Part shown: positions 26,453 to 39,420 of the stretch, piece by piece
Position numbering within the stretch: position 1 is the first letter of the stretch
Layout: the number at the start of each line of letters is the position of its first letter
DNA from: Eledone cirrhosa
Taxonomy: Eukaryota
Assembly (NCBI GenBank): GCA_964016885.1
Contig: OZ024763.1
Coordinates: forward strand, 10,106,001 to 10,170,000
Direction of reading: 5' to 3'
DNA length: 64,000 nt
Position numbers and translations under genes: made by a program
Notes under the pieces: generated by a model
What the model saw: only the letters and a program-made list of their open reading frames with translations
Databases searched by the model: none
Told to the model about the DNA's origin: nothing

Positions 26453-26653
26453 GTATGTATATATATATCAGGTTCAGTGGAAGCATTTAGTTGTAGTGAT
26501 TAGTTTACCTCTTTGCACTCTTTAAATGTTCAGAAAACTTCGATACGAGATAAACATAACATGTACATAAATACATAAATTCTAGCGCATATCCAAATAT
26601 GTTTCGATAGCTTGGGGAGAAATATATAATTATTGGGGAGCCCATGCCCCGCC

Positions 26654-26699
<46 letters not shown>

Positions 26700-26883
26700 T
26701 TGATGTCTTCCAAAAGTAACGGTTGCATTTTGAAAGGGTATGTCAAAATTTATTTATAAAACTGGTATATATTGTATTTTGTCTGATTAAAGCATACCAT
26801 AATTTAACATGCTATCCTTGAAATATGTATAATAAAATAGATATGGTTTTATAAATATAGTTTCCATTTGTTAATATCGTGTG

Positions 26884-26947
<64 letters not shown>

Positions 26948-26974
26948 ATTATGTAATAAACAACGCAATATAAT

Positions 26975-27048
26975 TATTCCATTACCCAAGGTTTCACGAA
27001 GTTAGACGATTCGAACAGAAACGTCTGTTTCGTTCATCAGATGAAATA
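26975..27048 (-). ncRNA. Minimal type-I hammerhead ribozyme motif, sense to DJ-1 intron 1
   Basis: Minus strand: TATTTCAT-CTGATGA-[ACGAA..AGACG...CGTCT..TTCGT]-GAAA-CCTTGGG-TA-ATGGAATA, with an 8-bp stem I. Confidence 0.72.
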
Positions 27049-27054
27049 CCTTAC

Positions 27055-27109
<55 letters not shown>

Positions 27110-27359
27110 TCCAGAAATAGCCGTCGAAATGGCTTGAGCTCTGCCGTCGGGGTCAAACATTTTCCTATATATATATATTTACCTGATTAGTTCTTTCGTT
27201 GTTTTTGGTATTGTATGGTTGGGTTTTGCCTACCACAATTTTCAATTTGTCAAGCTTTTAAACGTAATGTTATTACTCTAAGGACCTCCTACCCTTATTG
27301 AGTGCTTTGCTACTCATTCCTTATTGTAGGTCGGCTTTGCTTGGCCACAGCCAAAGCTT

Positions 27360-27394
<35 letters not shown>

Positions 27395-27714
27395 CATATA
27401 TGTGTGAAGCGAAGTTGTGTGTGGATGTGTATATATATATATTCATCAGACGTCAAAGCGCCTGATGACTAGGTCACGAATTTGATAGTAACTCCATCCA
27501 TTCTGCACCTCCGTGCACAATCAGGGTAGATGGCCATAATTGGGCCTTGAAACCTCAGATAGCGCTCTTTGTTCTGTGATGAACATAAATATGTATATAC
27601 ATATATACGCACATTGTATATATAAGTTTCACCGGTGATGTGTGTGTATATATATATATATACGCACATTATACACCTCTACACGCACATTGTATATACA
27701 AGTTTCACCGGTGA

Positions 27715-27761
<47 letters not shown>

Positions 27762-27815
27762 GCACATTATACACCTGTACACGCACATTGTATATATGTT
27801 TCACCGGTGATGTGC

Positions 27816-27877
<62 letters not shown>

Positions 27878-28182
27878 GAGTTGACGGACCCAGCATATTT
27901 ATCAATGCCAGGACCGGTTGTATCTCTATATCTATATATATATAGTATTAACATTTCATACACTTAACATGAATGGGCGACCTTCAGGTTCCAATTATGA
28001 CCACCACTGCATAGTGGAGTAGCGGTTCTAAAACTGACCTCATATATGTAATGTGTGTATGGCGGTGTATAATATGTGTATTATATATACGCACACGTGT
28101 ATATAGACAATGAATATGAGAGGATATATTTTAGTAACAAACATGATATAATTATTTGTATAAAGAGAAAGAACAAGTGTAC

Positions 28183-28266
28183 CCCAGCACGGCGGAGAAC
28201 ATCAATAGCAATAACTGCCTCCATTTCTTCAGCTCCTTGAGCTAAAATTACTACAGCAGACGGCAT
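28183..28266 (-). CDS. PARK7: DJ-1/PARK7 coding exon 1 (start)
   Basis: MPSAVVILAQGAEEMEAVIAIDVLRRAG followed by a GT donor. The five exons total 561 nt, an open 186-aa DJ-1/PfpI protein. Confidence 0.95.
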
Positions 28267-28419
28267 CTTGGTTTACAGCAGAAGACACGATAATACTAGA
28301 CACAACAATGATGGTTGTTAGTTTATACTGATGATTGTTGTTGGTGGTTGTGGTTTATATTGCTGATAGGTGGTGGTATTGGGAGACTAAAGGAGAAGAG
28401 AGGAGGAAAAGATAAATAC

Positions 28420-28700
28420 TTAAATAAGAGAGAAGGGGAGAGAGAAATGGTTGAATAAGAGAGAGGGGAAGGAGGGATAGTTAAATAAGAGAGAAGGAGA
28501 GAGAGAAATAGTTGAATAAGAGAGAGGGGAAGGAGGGATAGTTAAATAAGAGAGAAGGGGAGAGAGAAATAGTTGAATAAGAGAGAGGGGAAGGAGGGAT
28601 AGTTAAATAAGAGAGAAGGGGAGAGAGAAATAGTTGAATAAGAGAGAGGGGAAGGAGGGATAGTTAAATAAGAGAGAAATAGTTGAATAAGATAGAGAGT
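28420..28700. repeat. Purine-rich ~61-bp tandem repeat upstream of the DJ-1 ATG
   Basis: Repeats of AATAAGAGAGAAGGGGAGAGAGAAATAGTTGAATAAGAGAGAGGGGAAGGAGGGATAGTTA. Confidence 0.85.
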
Positions 28701-29129
28701 GAGAGAACGAAACAGTTCAATAAAAGAGAGGAGTTAATAAAATAAAGAGGAAGTGGGAGGAAATAAGCAAAAGAGAGTCAACGAGAGGAAGGTATAGATA
28801 AATAAGAAAGAGAAAGAAAGTTAAATAAAATAGAGGGGGAGAATAAGGAAGAAAAGAGAGCGAGACCGACACTGATATACGGAGATTGTCGACGATGTAC
28901 GGAGTGTGGCGAGATTGTCCGGCAGAATAAAACAAAACGTTAAGAAATTGGCGGAATCTTACTACATCCTCTCTCTCCCTCTCTGTCTTTATATAATATT
29001 CTCTTCCTTTTGCTCTCTCTCTTTATATACTATCTAAATCTCTCCTTCTCCCTCTGTTTATATACTATGTATATCTCCATCCCCTTATATATATATATAT
29101 ATATAAATATAAATATATTCTTGAGGTAC

Positions 29130-29520
29130 TGGGTTGATACCAACATTGGCAATCTACTCTTTCTGGAGCTGGCTGGATTATCCAGAATTTGTGGGAAGAG
29201 ACCAGGCAGCCTTACCCTTTGTCCCTGGGTAAGAGGCAGATGTCTCATCTGAGATGCCACAGTCAGTGACTCTTTTGTTCCCTCCCATATCATAGATGCT
29301 GTGGTAAATGTGAGGGTTACTGCTTCTACAACCAAACAGAATAGAATCCTATCAGGTATTATCGAATAATTAAGAAGTTTGGGACTTCTTTCAGCTCAAA
29401 TAGCTTTGGAGTAGTTAAGATGTTACGGTGTCTCCTCATGTACAATTTCATATGGAGGTCTTGTCTCACAGCCCTAGAAACGGTCATTCCTTGATCTTAA
29501 GCCAACTTCGCCACCAATTT
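29130..29520 (+). mobile_element. Second, older CRE-like RLE fragment
   Basis: GLSRICGKRPGSLTLCPWVRGRCLI*DATVSDS, a degraded version of the 23.6-kb motif. Confidence 0.55.
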
Positions 29521-30019
29521 TGATGGGTTCAATTCAATCAATCTTTTCAGTCCTGCTGAGAAGTGAGGTTCAACTCCATCTTTTCAGTCCTGCTAAGAAG
29601 TGAGGTTCAACTCCATCTTTTCAGTCCTGCTAAGAAGTGTGGTGTGCGTTTTCAGTCACTGTGAGGCTTTCTCTGAACACCTTGGCTTTTCTTCAAATTA
29701 GCTACAATGCTAAAAACAGTAGATTTGGCATACTTTGTGGCTCTAACAATCTCCCCAGCACTTTTGCCAGTGCAGAATAATTCAACAATTACACTTCTAC
29801 AGTTTAATTATTGATTAACATACAATTTTTTATTTCAGACTCAACAAACTATGAATAAGTGATTATTCAAACTGGTAATATTTAAAATTTAGACTCCAAC
29901 AAAATCTATACAATTAGAAATATACCCATTAGAAAATTGCCCCAATGTGGTCCAGGGGCCAAGAATGCTGCAGGTCTCCACAGCTACGGGCTCTATAATA
30001 AACCTGTCAGAGAGCAGCC

Positions 30020-30740
30020 AGTGGTGCCTCTTCCTGGCACAAACCCAAATTGCATCTCATCTAGTTTCACCTGGTCCCTAATCAAGTGTGCTATAACCCT
30101 TTCCGTTACTTTCATGACCTGGTCCATCAGCTTTATACCTCTATAGTTTCCTCTATCTAGTGCATCACCTTTCCCTAGTAGCAGTTGACAATTATGCTGC
30201 TGCACCAATCCTTTGGTATGACACCTTCTATTATTACCTGGTTAACAATACGAGTGGTTATGGTGTGACCTACCGACCCAGATGCTTTCAGCATCTCGGC
30301 AACTATACCCGATGGACCGGTTGCCTTCCCAATCCTCATATCTTTAATTGCCTTACTTACTATGCTGCTGCTGACTTGTATTGCTGGTCCCTCTATAGGG
30401 TCCACTTGAGGTAGGGTCTCTTTCTCCCACGCATTCTCCTCATTCAGCAATCTTTCATAATGGCTCTTCCACGCAGCTTTCTTCTCAGCACTTGTGAGTG
30501 CAAGTTCACCTTTATCATTCTGGATACACTTCTCTCCAATGACATCACAATTTTCTCTGACACACTGCCTTGCAATCCTGAACACCTCCTGTTACTGGTC
30601 CTTACGCTGCAAAACATGCTTGAATTTTCTATCCTCTGCTTCCCTTCTAGCAAAGTATACTAGTCACCTAGCTTCCCTCCTGGTCTCTATGTAGTGTACT
30701 CGGTTTTCCTGCCTGTCTGTTGGCCTTAATTGCCTCATCT
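30020..30740 (-). mobile_element. RTE-clade LINE internal ORF2 fragment
   Basis: GKATGPSGIVAEMLKA...IPKDW...KGDALDRGNYRGIKL...QFGFVPGRGTT. Confidence 0.85.
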
Positions 30741-30842
30741 CTCTCTCTCTCTCTATATATATATATAACACATATATAACACACACACACACACACAAAT
30801 ATATATATACATTGGAAAGACACTACCATAAAAAAATGTTAA

Positions 30843-30953
30843 GCTTTCTGAAGACGTGTGAAAAATAATTAAGTATTGCATATGATTGAACAATATATAT
30901 TGTAGTCAGCATATGTAGACTATTATAATAGACACAGAAACATATGTTAAAGC
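30843..30953 (+). ncRNA. Hammerhead ribozyme motif with long helix II insert
   Basis: GCTTT-CTGAAGA-[~82 nt closed by TGT..ACA]-GAAA-CATATG-TT-AAAGC, with palindromic helix III. Confidence 0.6.
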
Positions 30954-32382
30954 CAAAAAATTCTTACTCTCCTTTCTCGCCAAAGTCTATATTTTTCTTG
31001 GTGCAATACTTGTTTATATTATATATATATATATATATACAGGGCAGTCAGCAGCCATGCTGCCTCTAGTGAATACCCTTGGGATAGCCATAAATAGATA
31101 AGTCTATTCAAGTTTGAATTAACTTCTCTCTCCTTCTATTTTCAGTTATTTCAATGTTTTAAATGCTTATCTTCCTCTATAGAAATCTCAGCCTTAACTA
31201 TCATCTCTGCACAAACTACCCCCCCCCCCTCCTGGCTCCCAAAATATGGTTTCACTGTGATAATGGTTTGGCACAGTCAACTGGCCTGTCCCACCTCATA
31301 ACAGTGCCATCCAGTTTCAGGTTCCCTAAATATGGTGCCGCTGTGATATGGGTTTGGCATGGCCAACTGCCCTGTCCTTCCTCATAGTGTACCACACCAT
31401 AAATGGTGTTGCAACTCCCAAACTATAGTCCCTCTTCATTGTGGTGCCACCCAGTTCCACACTGTAAACATGGTTGTGGCCCTGAATCTGTGGTTCCACT
31501 GAGAGAAGGGTTCGATGCAGCCAACAAGCCTGTCCCCCCTCATAGTGGTGCCATCCAATTCCAGGCTCCCAAACTGTGGTTTCACTGTATGAAGGGTTTG
31601 GCGCAACCATCTGGCCTGTTCCTCCTCATAACGGTGCCATTCAGTCCCACACTCTAAATGAGGTTGGTGTTAGGAAGGGCATCCAGCTGTAAAGACCCCA
31701 GCCAAACTTACAGTCCCGTTGGAGCAAGGTATGGTATGGCCAATCCTGGCCAGACTTGTCTCTTGATGTGGACGACCTGTCTGACCCATGCAAGCATGAA
31801 AAAAATGGATGTTAAATGGTGATAATGATATTGGTGATGATAATACATATATATGATAAATAACTGACCACAACAATAAATACAACAAACAAAACAGGTG
31901 TAGAAAGCATTTAAAAAAAAAGAAAAATATTTTATTTGGAAACTTAAGAGAATCTACGAAACATCACAGCTACATGTAATAATTGATAATAAAGTCATTA
32001 AATCTTGTGTTAATTAATGAGACATTGTGTCTAATTTCGTTAATTTTAGTTGCCTTTGAAGTTAGGCTGGTAAAGATGAGGTGGAGAGGTGGCTACCACT
32101 GAAGAATTAGGAATGGTGTGTATAGCTTGGCTGTGGTTTCTCTAGAGTCAGAAACTGAGATGTTAAACAACACTGGGGTAACATACTGGAGTAACACTGG
32201 GAACATACTGGAGTAACACTGGGAACATACTGGGGTAACACTGGGAACGATACACCACAGAAGGACATAGTATATATCTCATTAGAAGAAGCAGGAACAG
32301 TGTAGATATTTTCATGGTTTCTCTGTACACTGACATGGAGATTTGGAGAGAGACAGTGTAATATTAGACAACATTGTAAACT

Positions 32383-32684
32383 TCATAGCTGTGCAGCCAC
32401 TGTACAGATGCTGCTCATATCTCATAGCTGTGCAGCCACTGTACAGATGCTGCTCATATCTCATAGCTGTGCAGCCACTGTACAGATGCTGCTCATATCT
32501 CATAGCTGTGCAGCCACTGTACAGATGCTGCACATATCTCATAACTGTGCAGCCACTGTACAGATACTGCACATATCTCATAGCTGTGCAGCCACTGTAC
32601 AGATGCTGAACATATCTCATAGCTGTGCAGCATCTGTACAGTGGCTGCACAGCCACTGTACAGATGCTGTACAGATGCTGCACA
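32383..32684. repeat. 39-bp minisatellite with one inverted unit
   Basis: Unit TCATAGCTGTGCAGCCACTGTACAGATGCTGCTCATATC, ~6 copies. Inverted segment at ~32626-32653. Confidence 0.9.
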
Positions 32685-33095
32685 TTTCAAAATATTGCCA
32701 CTCAGTAACTTACAAATGTTGTCAGTACCTTTGACAAGAGGACAAGGAAACATTCCTTATTAGAAGCCACCTATGTATGTTTAGATAACGAAAAGTATTG
32801 GTGACAAGAGAGGGCTCCAGTTATAAACCATGTCCTCAATAAGGACCCCATGATGAGTATGAAGACTGCCATGAGGCCTGAAAGGTTAACTCCCACTTAA
32901 CCTCTATTTTAAAATGCTTGCAAGATGAAAGGCACACAAAAAGTACAATATATATTATTCAATTTTATCAAATTTCTTCAAAATATTTCCTCCAAACCTC
33001 ACATTTCAAATAAATCAGGACTTAAAAATAATGACAAAAAGTTGAAAAAAATTTTGTCCTGTTCCTCTATTTAATAATAATAATAATAATAATGG

Positions 33096-33497
33096 TATCT
33101 ACTTTAGGCACAAGGCCAGCAATTTGGGGGGAGGGGAAAGTCGATTAAATCGACTCCAGTGCATTACTGGTACTTTATTTTATCGACCCCGTAAGGATGA
33201 AAGGCAAAGTTAACCTCGGCGGGATTTGAACTCAGACCATAAAGGGGCGTAACTCTATGCCACGAAGCAGGGTGTTTGATGCTCTAATGATAAATAATAA
33301 TAATAATAATTTTTTCTATTTTAGGCACAAGGCCAACAATTACCCAGTACATTACTGGTACTTTATTTTAACGACCCCGTAAGGATGAAAGGCAAAGTTA
33401 ACCTCGGCCAGATTTGAACTCAGATCGTAAAGGGACGTAACTATGCTGGAAAGCATGGCGTCCGACTCTCTACCGATACTGCCAATCTACCGCCCTT
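33096..33497 (-). mobile_element. Two tandem SINE family A copies
   Basis: Reverse complements of the 20843 element at ~33096-33290 and ~33313-33497. Confidence 0.8.
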
Positions 33498-33997
33498 CTA
33501 ATAATAATAATAACAATAATGTCTCCAATCCAGATTTTAGTACTAACCCTCTTCTCACCTCCTACATATATCAAAACCAAATTTCTGTTATATATTTCTC
33601 ACAAAAATCAATTCATTAAATCTAAACAACAAAAGTTCAATTATTTCTCACACTCCCACAACTCACCGATAAGCTAGGGGCTTCAACCCACTCATTATTA
33701 CATGATATGTGTATGTATATATATATAAGTATACATTATATATATATGATATATAAGTGTGTGTATATATATATGTATATATATATCATATATGATATAT
33801 ATATGTATATATATTATGATATCTATATACATAAATAATATATGATATCTATGTTTAGAAATATTCATATATGATACATGTATATCATACGTAATATGTG
33901 TGTGTGTGTGTGTGTGTGTTTATGCCCGATTTCACCAATATTATGCTTGATACAACATCAGACAAGCTGTGACATGACAGTTGCCTGATGTGAGTCT

Positions 33998-34174
33998 TTA
34001 CAAACCACTGCGTCCCTCCAGATCTTTCATGATCGTAATACGATACATCTTGTTCATCTGCTCAAGGAATATGAAGGTTAGAACTGTGTGAGGACCAAGT
34101 CGGGCATAGTAAGGAGTGAATCCCTTCCATAAGCTAAATAAACCTTCAGAACGGATCACTTTGAGGAAGACATC
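33998..34174 (-). CDS. SLC25A11: Mitochondrial 2-oxoglutarate/malate carrier, last exon
   Basis: DVFLKVIRSEGLFSLWKGFTPYYARLGPHTVLTFIFLEQMNKMY...GL*. AG acceptor at 34175-34176. Confidence 0.95.
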   Translation of the reverse strand, partial: DVFLKVIRSEGLFSLWKGFTPYYARLGPHTVLTFIFLEQMNKMYRITIMKDLEGRSGL

Positions 34175-35192
34175 CTACAAATATAACAGAACAATGTCAG
34201 GATATTACTGAATAACAATTTATAAACATTTTCTAATTCAAAGTGGAGGACAGTGCTTTGGGAGCAGAATAGGACAGCAAAAGTTAAGGGAGCTACTAAG
34301 AAAGGTTGGTTGCATGATGCTTGTGGCAATGTATGATATTTATTTCTACTTTTGGCACAAGGCCAGCAATCCCAGTGCATTACTGGTACAATATTTTATC
34401 GATCCCGTAAGGACGAAAGGCAAAGTTAACCTCAACAGGATTTGAACTCAGGATGTAAAGGGACGTAACTCTATGCTGTAAAGCATGGCGTCTGATCCTC
34501 TACCGATACTGCCAATCCACCACCTCCAATGTATGGTAGTTAAACATGGGACGTGTGAAGACTGGAGAGAAATGAAGTGAGCATGCTTCGATGGATGTGA
34601 GAAAGACAGAGCTTGGATGAACTGAGAGGGAAATTGGGTATACGAAGAATCAGATGTAATGAGAAAGATAGAAGACAGAGTTGGTAGGGAGACGTGATGT
34701 GAACTGGTGGGTGCAGAGGTGCCATGACATCTCAGTGGAAAGAAGCTGCAGTTGAGGAAGATCTGGGCAGATGAGGGAATAGATGATCTCAAATCTCCGA
34801 AGCTCATGGAGATGACGAAAACTGGAACGGGGAGAAGATGTGGTGGAAAAGACCCATGCAAGCATGGAACAGCATATATGAAGATGATGATGAAGAAGAA
34901 GATAATATACAAGATATGTCATAATACTGTATATATATGTTAGTGTGTGTGTGTGTGTATGTATGTAAGTGTGTGTGTATGTGTGTATGTATGTGTGTGT
35001 GTGTGTGTGTGTGTATGTGTGTGTGTATGTATGTGTGTGTGTGTGTATGTGTGTATGTGTATGTAAGTGTGTGTGTGTGTATGTATGTATGTGTGTGTGT
35101 GTGTGTATGTATGTATGTGTGTGTGTGTATGTATGTGTGTGTGTGTATGTATGTGTGAGAGAGAAATAATTAGTTATTGAAGTTATACTTAC

Positions 35193-35244
35193 CAAAGCTC
35201 CTTTATATTCAGGAACACCATCAATAATTTTCATGTTCTGAATT
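35193..35244 (-). CDS. SLC25A11: SLC25A11 internal exon
   Basis: (R)IQNMKIIDGVPEYKGAL, 52 bp, canonical splice sites. Confidence 0.93.
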
Positions 35245-37186
35245 CTGGGGGGAAATAACAACACATCTAAATACATATAATTTAAATATCCTTCATAATA
35301 TAACATATTTTTGTAATTGAATTAATACACTAGAGTACTGAATTTTTATTTTACTGCTTCTAATTACACCTGTCACCTTTAAATGTAATAACACTTGACA
35401 TGTTGTTTATATCATATGAGTTTGATCTGTATTATAATGTCACTTTTTGCATGTTTGTATCTGGATGCTTGTAACAACATTTATATTCCTGAAGATATAT
35501 AAACCAGCAGACTAATGCCCAGTATATATATTGAGGTATGGCCGGCTGTTATACATTGAAACGTTCCTAGAGTAAAATCATGTTATAAGTTGGTTAGTCA
35601 TTCTTAATTTATTAAATTTGGGGCTCTGCAGTTTGTGCCATAACAGTCCATAATGTAATCTACAGAGGTTGAAAAATCATTCAGTCTTTTGGGGGTTACT
35701 GATTGACCAACGATACTGATTAGCATTGATCTTCTATAATGTTTACCAGGATATATATTGGTAAACTCCAATATAACCTAACACACAGACACATATATAT
35801 CCCAGGTTCAATCAGGGGTAACCACAGTAAGTAGGTACTCAATACATAGAATATATACAATGTTTACTATAGAAATGGCTTCTACATGACTAGAACTGTT
35901 CCATTTGAAGGAAATCATCAGTGTATGTTTTGAAACAGTGAGCAGGTTTGAAATTAGAAAATAGAATAGCTTTCACCGTATTTTCTATATATATATATAT
36001 ATAGAGAGAGAGAGATAGATAGATAGATATGTAAATAAGACTGCAAACACCCTAAACTGAATGCCAACCATGACCCTAACCAGACCTCAAGAGCCACCAA
36101 ATGGGAAAGGGGTGTTATCAAGCTGCAGCTATCATATGTAGTTTCTATATAATAAATTCAAAGCTATTATTATCTGCAGCAACTACGACCACATTATGTA
36201 ATGAGCCGTGCTCCCTCTTCTCCCGTTGTCTCTCGACTTTAAGCCCCCAAACTATCCACCTAGATGATGAGATGTGGCACATCGAGAAGTCTAGTTCATA
36301 CAACACAACATAACCCCCCCTCCCCACCGACACTATTAAAGAAATAAGTGAAATGAAACGAAAATGAAAATCACAACATACTATATCAAAAGGTGACATA
36401 AAAGGCAAATAGTTCAGTAAATATACACACCTGAATGTAAAACATAGCTAAGATTGAATCATATATACACAAACCTACATGTATAAATAAGATTAAATAT
36501 GCAAAATATTTGCAAAATTATTTAACAAAATCAAAACCTAGCAGATTACTGTCTATTTTTTGTGGCAGAGAAAGGAAATAAAGACAGAAAGAAACAAGAA
36601 AGATAACAAGGAAATTAGCTATCCCTTATCACTAACTTCATTCATGGCATTTCGGTCAAATATCACACAAATCAATAGAAGAAATCCCTTTAATTTTATT
36701 ACCTCAATACAAAATGCTAAACATCCTCTACTAAACAGGTCAAATATCAGCAGCATTAATCTCCCTTTAATTACCACTTCAACACAAAAAGCTAAATTTC
36801 TACAGCCGCAATGTAAAAATACACACCCTTTTATAATTATTACTTCAAGGCAAATTTACTAAATCTTCTTAGACCACAATGTAAATAAAATTAATTTTTT
36901 AGCCATACTCTTTTCCTTTGTACACTTGAAATAACCCCATATTTTCTTAGAATATCTCCTTTCAGTATTAAGGCACCAACAAAAATACTGTATCAGAAAT
37001 TTTCCTTCATATCCCTGTCCTATGTTTTAAAAGTCATACAAGTGTATTGTTTTTATAATCCTTAATGTGCTCAATCTAGTTAAAAATTCATTAGGTCCTC
37101 TACTCCAACTCATATTCATTCGGCTATATGTAAGAATTGCTTCAGAAAATCTATTAAGTGCTTCTTTAACCACTGCTAAAGCCTCA

Positions 37187-37480
37187 TTAACTTAAATTGC
37201 CCACATTCCTTTCTGCCACTTCTATGGTGACCTCAATGTCTCGGCTGCGGCATCTGTCAAGATGATTTTTGACAAAAGAAGCTCTCGTTGTCATGTGTTT
37301 CTTGATGCATATGTGCAGCATCCAGACAATACTTCCGATGAATGAGGAGCTACATTTTTTAATTGCGACCTTGTAGACCACATGTTCTCTCTCATGCACA
37401 CTTCTGTGGTGTTGATGGGACAATTAGGAAGTGTGCACATATCACTGTATGCAGTTTGATGTCTGAAGAGATGTAGCCTC
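37187..37480 (-). mobile_element. Penelope-like GIY-YIG remnant
   Basis: ASFVKNHLDRC...IEVTIEVAERNVGNL, similar to the 54700-54950 fragment. Confidence 0.5.
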
Positions 37481-37782
37481 AATGGAGGTCCCGTGTGGGC
37501 AATTTAAGAAAAAAAAAACACAGATAAATAATAGATTGGAAATGCATTAAGTAGACTGGCTACTATAACAGCTCCACACATGCTCACTTCAGACATGTAG
37601 ACCAGTTAAGGAAGAACACATTGATCACATTAAACATTAAAGTTTTTACTTTGACTGCAACTATTCACAACAATCTGACCATCAGTAAAGATACTATAAA
37701 CATTTGAATTAACAAACCTGTTGTTTAGGTATTTCCTACTAAATTATTAGAGGATGTTAAGACTTGAAACAAATGTTTTTAC

Positions 37783-37882
37783 CTTGTTTTGGCAATATCG
37801 ACTGGCATTGAGGCAGCTGTGGTGACCAAACCACTAATCATACTGGCACCAAAATGACACAGTATATTATCATTGAAGTAAG
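37783..37882 (-). CDS. SLC25A11: SLC25A11 internal exon
   Basis: (A)YFNDNILCHFGASMISGLVTTAASMPVDIAKT(R), containing the third PX[DE]XX[KR] carrier motif. Confidence 0.95.
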
Positions 37883-37919
37883 CTGGAAAAACAAAAATAT
37901 AATAATAATAATAATTTCT

Positions 37920-39420
37920 TTATTGGCCCCAAGGGCCGACATATAGGGGACAATACAATAGGGGGACAGTGGGGATTTCCAAAAACATTGAGTAAAAATA
38001 TGTATAAAAACAATAACAATTAACAAAAGAAATACAACAATGAAAATTCTACAATAAGGAGCGACTCGGGTGCACTACTGATCCTGAACCAGCCAAACCC
38101 TCGAGGGCACTCCTCACCTCCACAAATCAACCAACCTACAGGTGCATGCTCAGAGTAAACCCAGTCACACCGGTTATTCTCACCACATTCACCCACCTTT
38201 CAGCAAGGTACTGGGGGACAGACACTTCTTTCTCCACCCTCACCTTCCTTTCCAAGTGAAACTTGAAAAAGTTGATAAGAGATTGGCTGAAGAGATACGT
38301 GTTTGTCTTCAGTCCTTTCAACCTTGTCCACCACATAACCTCTTTTGCTACTGCCACCAGACAGAGGAAAACTGCCTGCCCTTCGTGGCCAAAAGAAGGC
38401 GGTGGGGTGATCTTCACTACGGACTCAGTCAATAACCAGATCTGTCCTACACATGATTACAGCTGTTCAACATAACTCCACAAGTCAGTAATGCATGGAC
38501 ACTGGACCAGTGCATATAGAATGGTTTCATCGCTCTGTACACATCTCAGACAGGTCCGTCTGACAGCATTTTTGTGCCGTTAGATTTATCTTGAACCAGC
38601 AGTGCTCCCTGGTAGCACTGCCAAGCGAGGGACTTCCAGAAGTTATCCAAAGTCTCTGGCTCAAAAGTCCTCCGGAATAGACTAGTCAGTTCAACTTCGT
38701 TGAAGCCCAGAGATCCTGAGTGCATCATCGCATTTTCCCACCACTAATCCTCTATAGAACTGGAGAGTGGAAATTCCACTGACCACATTGCTTGCCTGGT
38801 AGAGGGCAGCGAGTGCCTGGTGACATTCCAGATGCTAGGCACCAAGTCTCAGTCACTTCTTGACTCAGGACTGCAGCTCAGTCAAAGAACTGAGCTGCAG
38901 AATGGCCTGTCTCACAAACAGTGACCACACCTGTTTACAGTTTAAGCAGAATATCTGGAGATGTCACAGCTTCAGCACATCATTACCCAGGGCCTTCCCA
39001 GCCCTCCGCATAAAGGGCACTGGCACACAACCTCTTTTGCCCCTTCCACAAGAAGTTGAAGAGGAGTTGTTCCAATTTGATGAGGCGCAAACAGGGGCAA
39101 GGCATGATGGTCAGGTGGTAATAGATAATTGTTTCTACTTTAGGCACAAGGCCAGCAATTACCCAGTGCATTACTGGTATTTTATTTTATCGACCCCGTA
39201 AGGATGAAAGGCAAAGTCAACCTTGGCGGGATTTGAACTCAGGTGGTAATAGATAATGGATGCAATGTATGCATTTGCCACAACTGAGAGGAACCTCTCC
39301 CTGCAAGGAACATCTTCCTCTCGGTCTATTTCTGGGTGAGAGTGGCTACTCTGTTTGTCCCAATACTTATCCACCTGGAAATCTGGTCTGAACCAGACTG
39401 AGCAAATTTACCCACCTGAG
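37920..39420 (-). mobile_element. Tx1/L1-like LINE 3' portion, degenerate
   Basis: LEQLLFNFLWKG and FKFHLERKVRVE...ERW. Homologous to 44920-46680. Confidence 0.65.
39130..39238 (-). mobile_element. 5'-truncated SINE A inserted in the LINE
   Basis: Flanked by the direct repeat TCAGGTGGTAATAGATAAT (39111-39129, 39239-39257). Confidence 0.85.
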
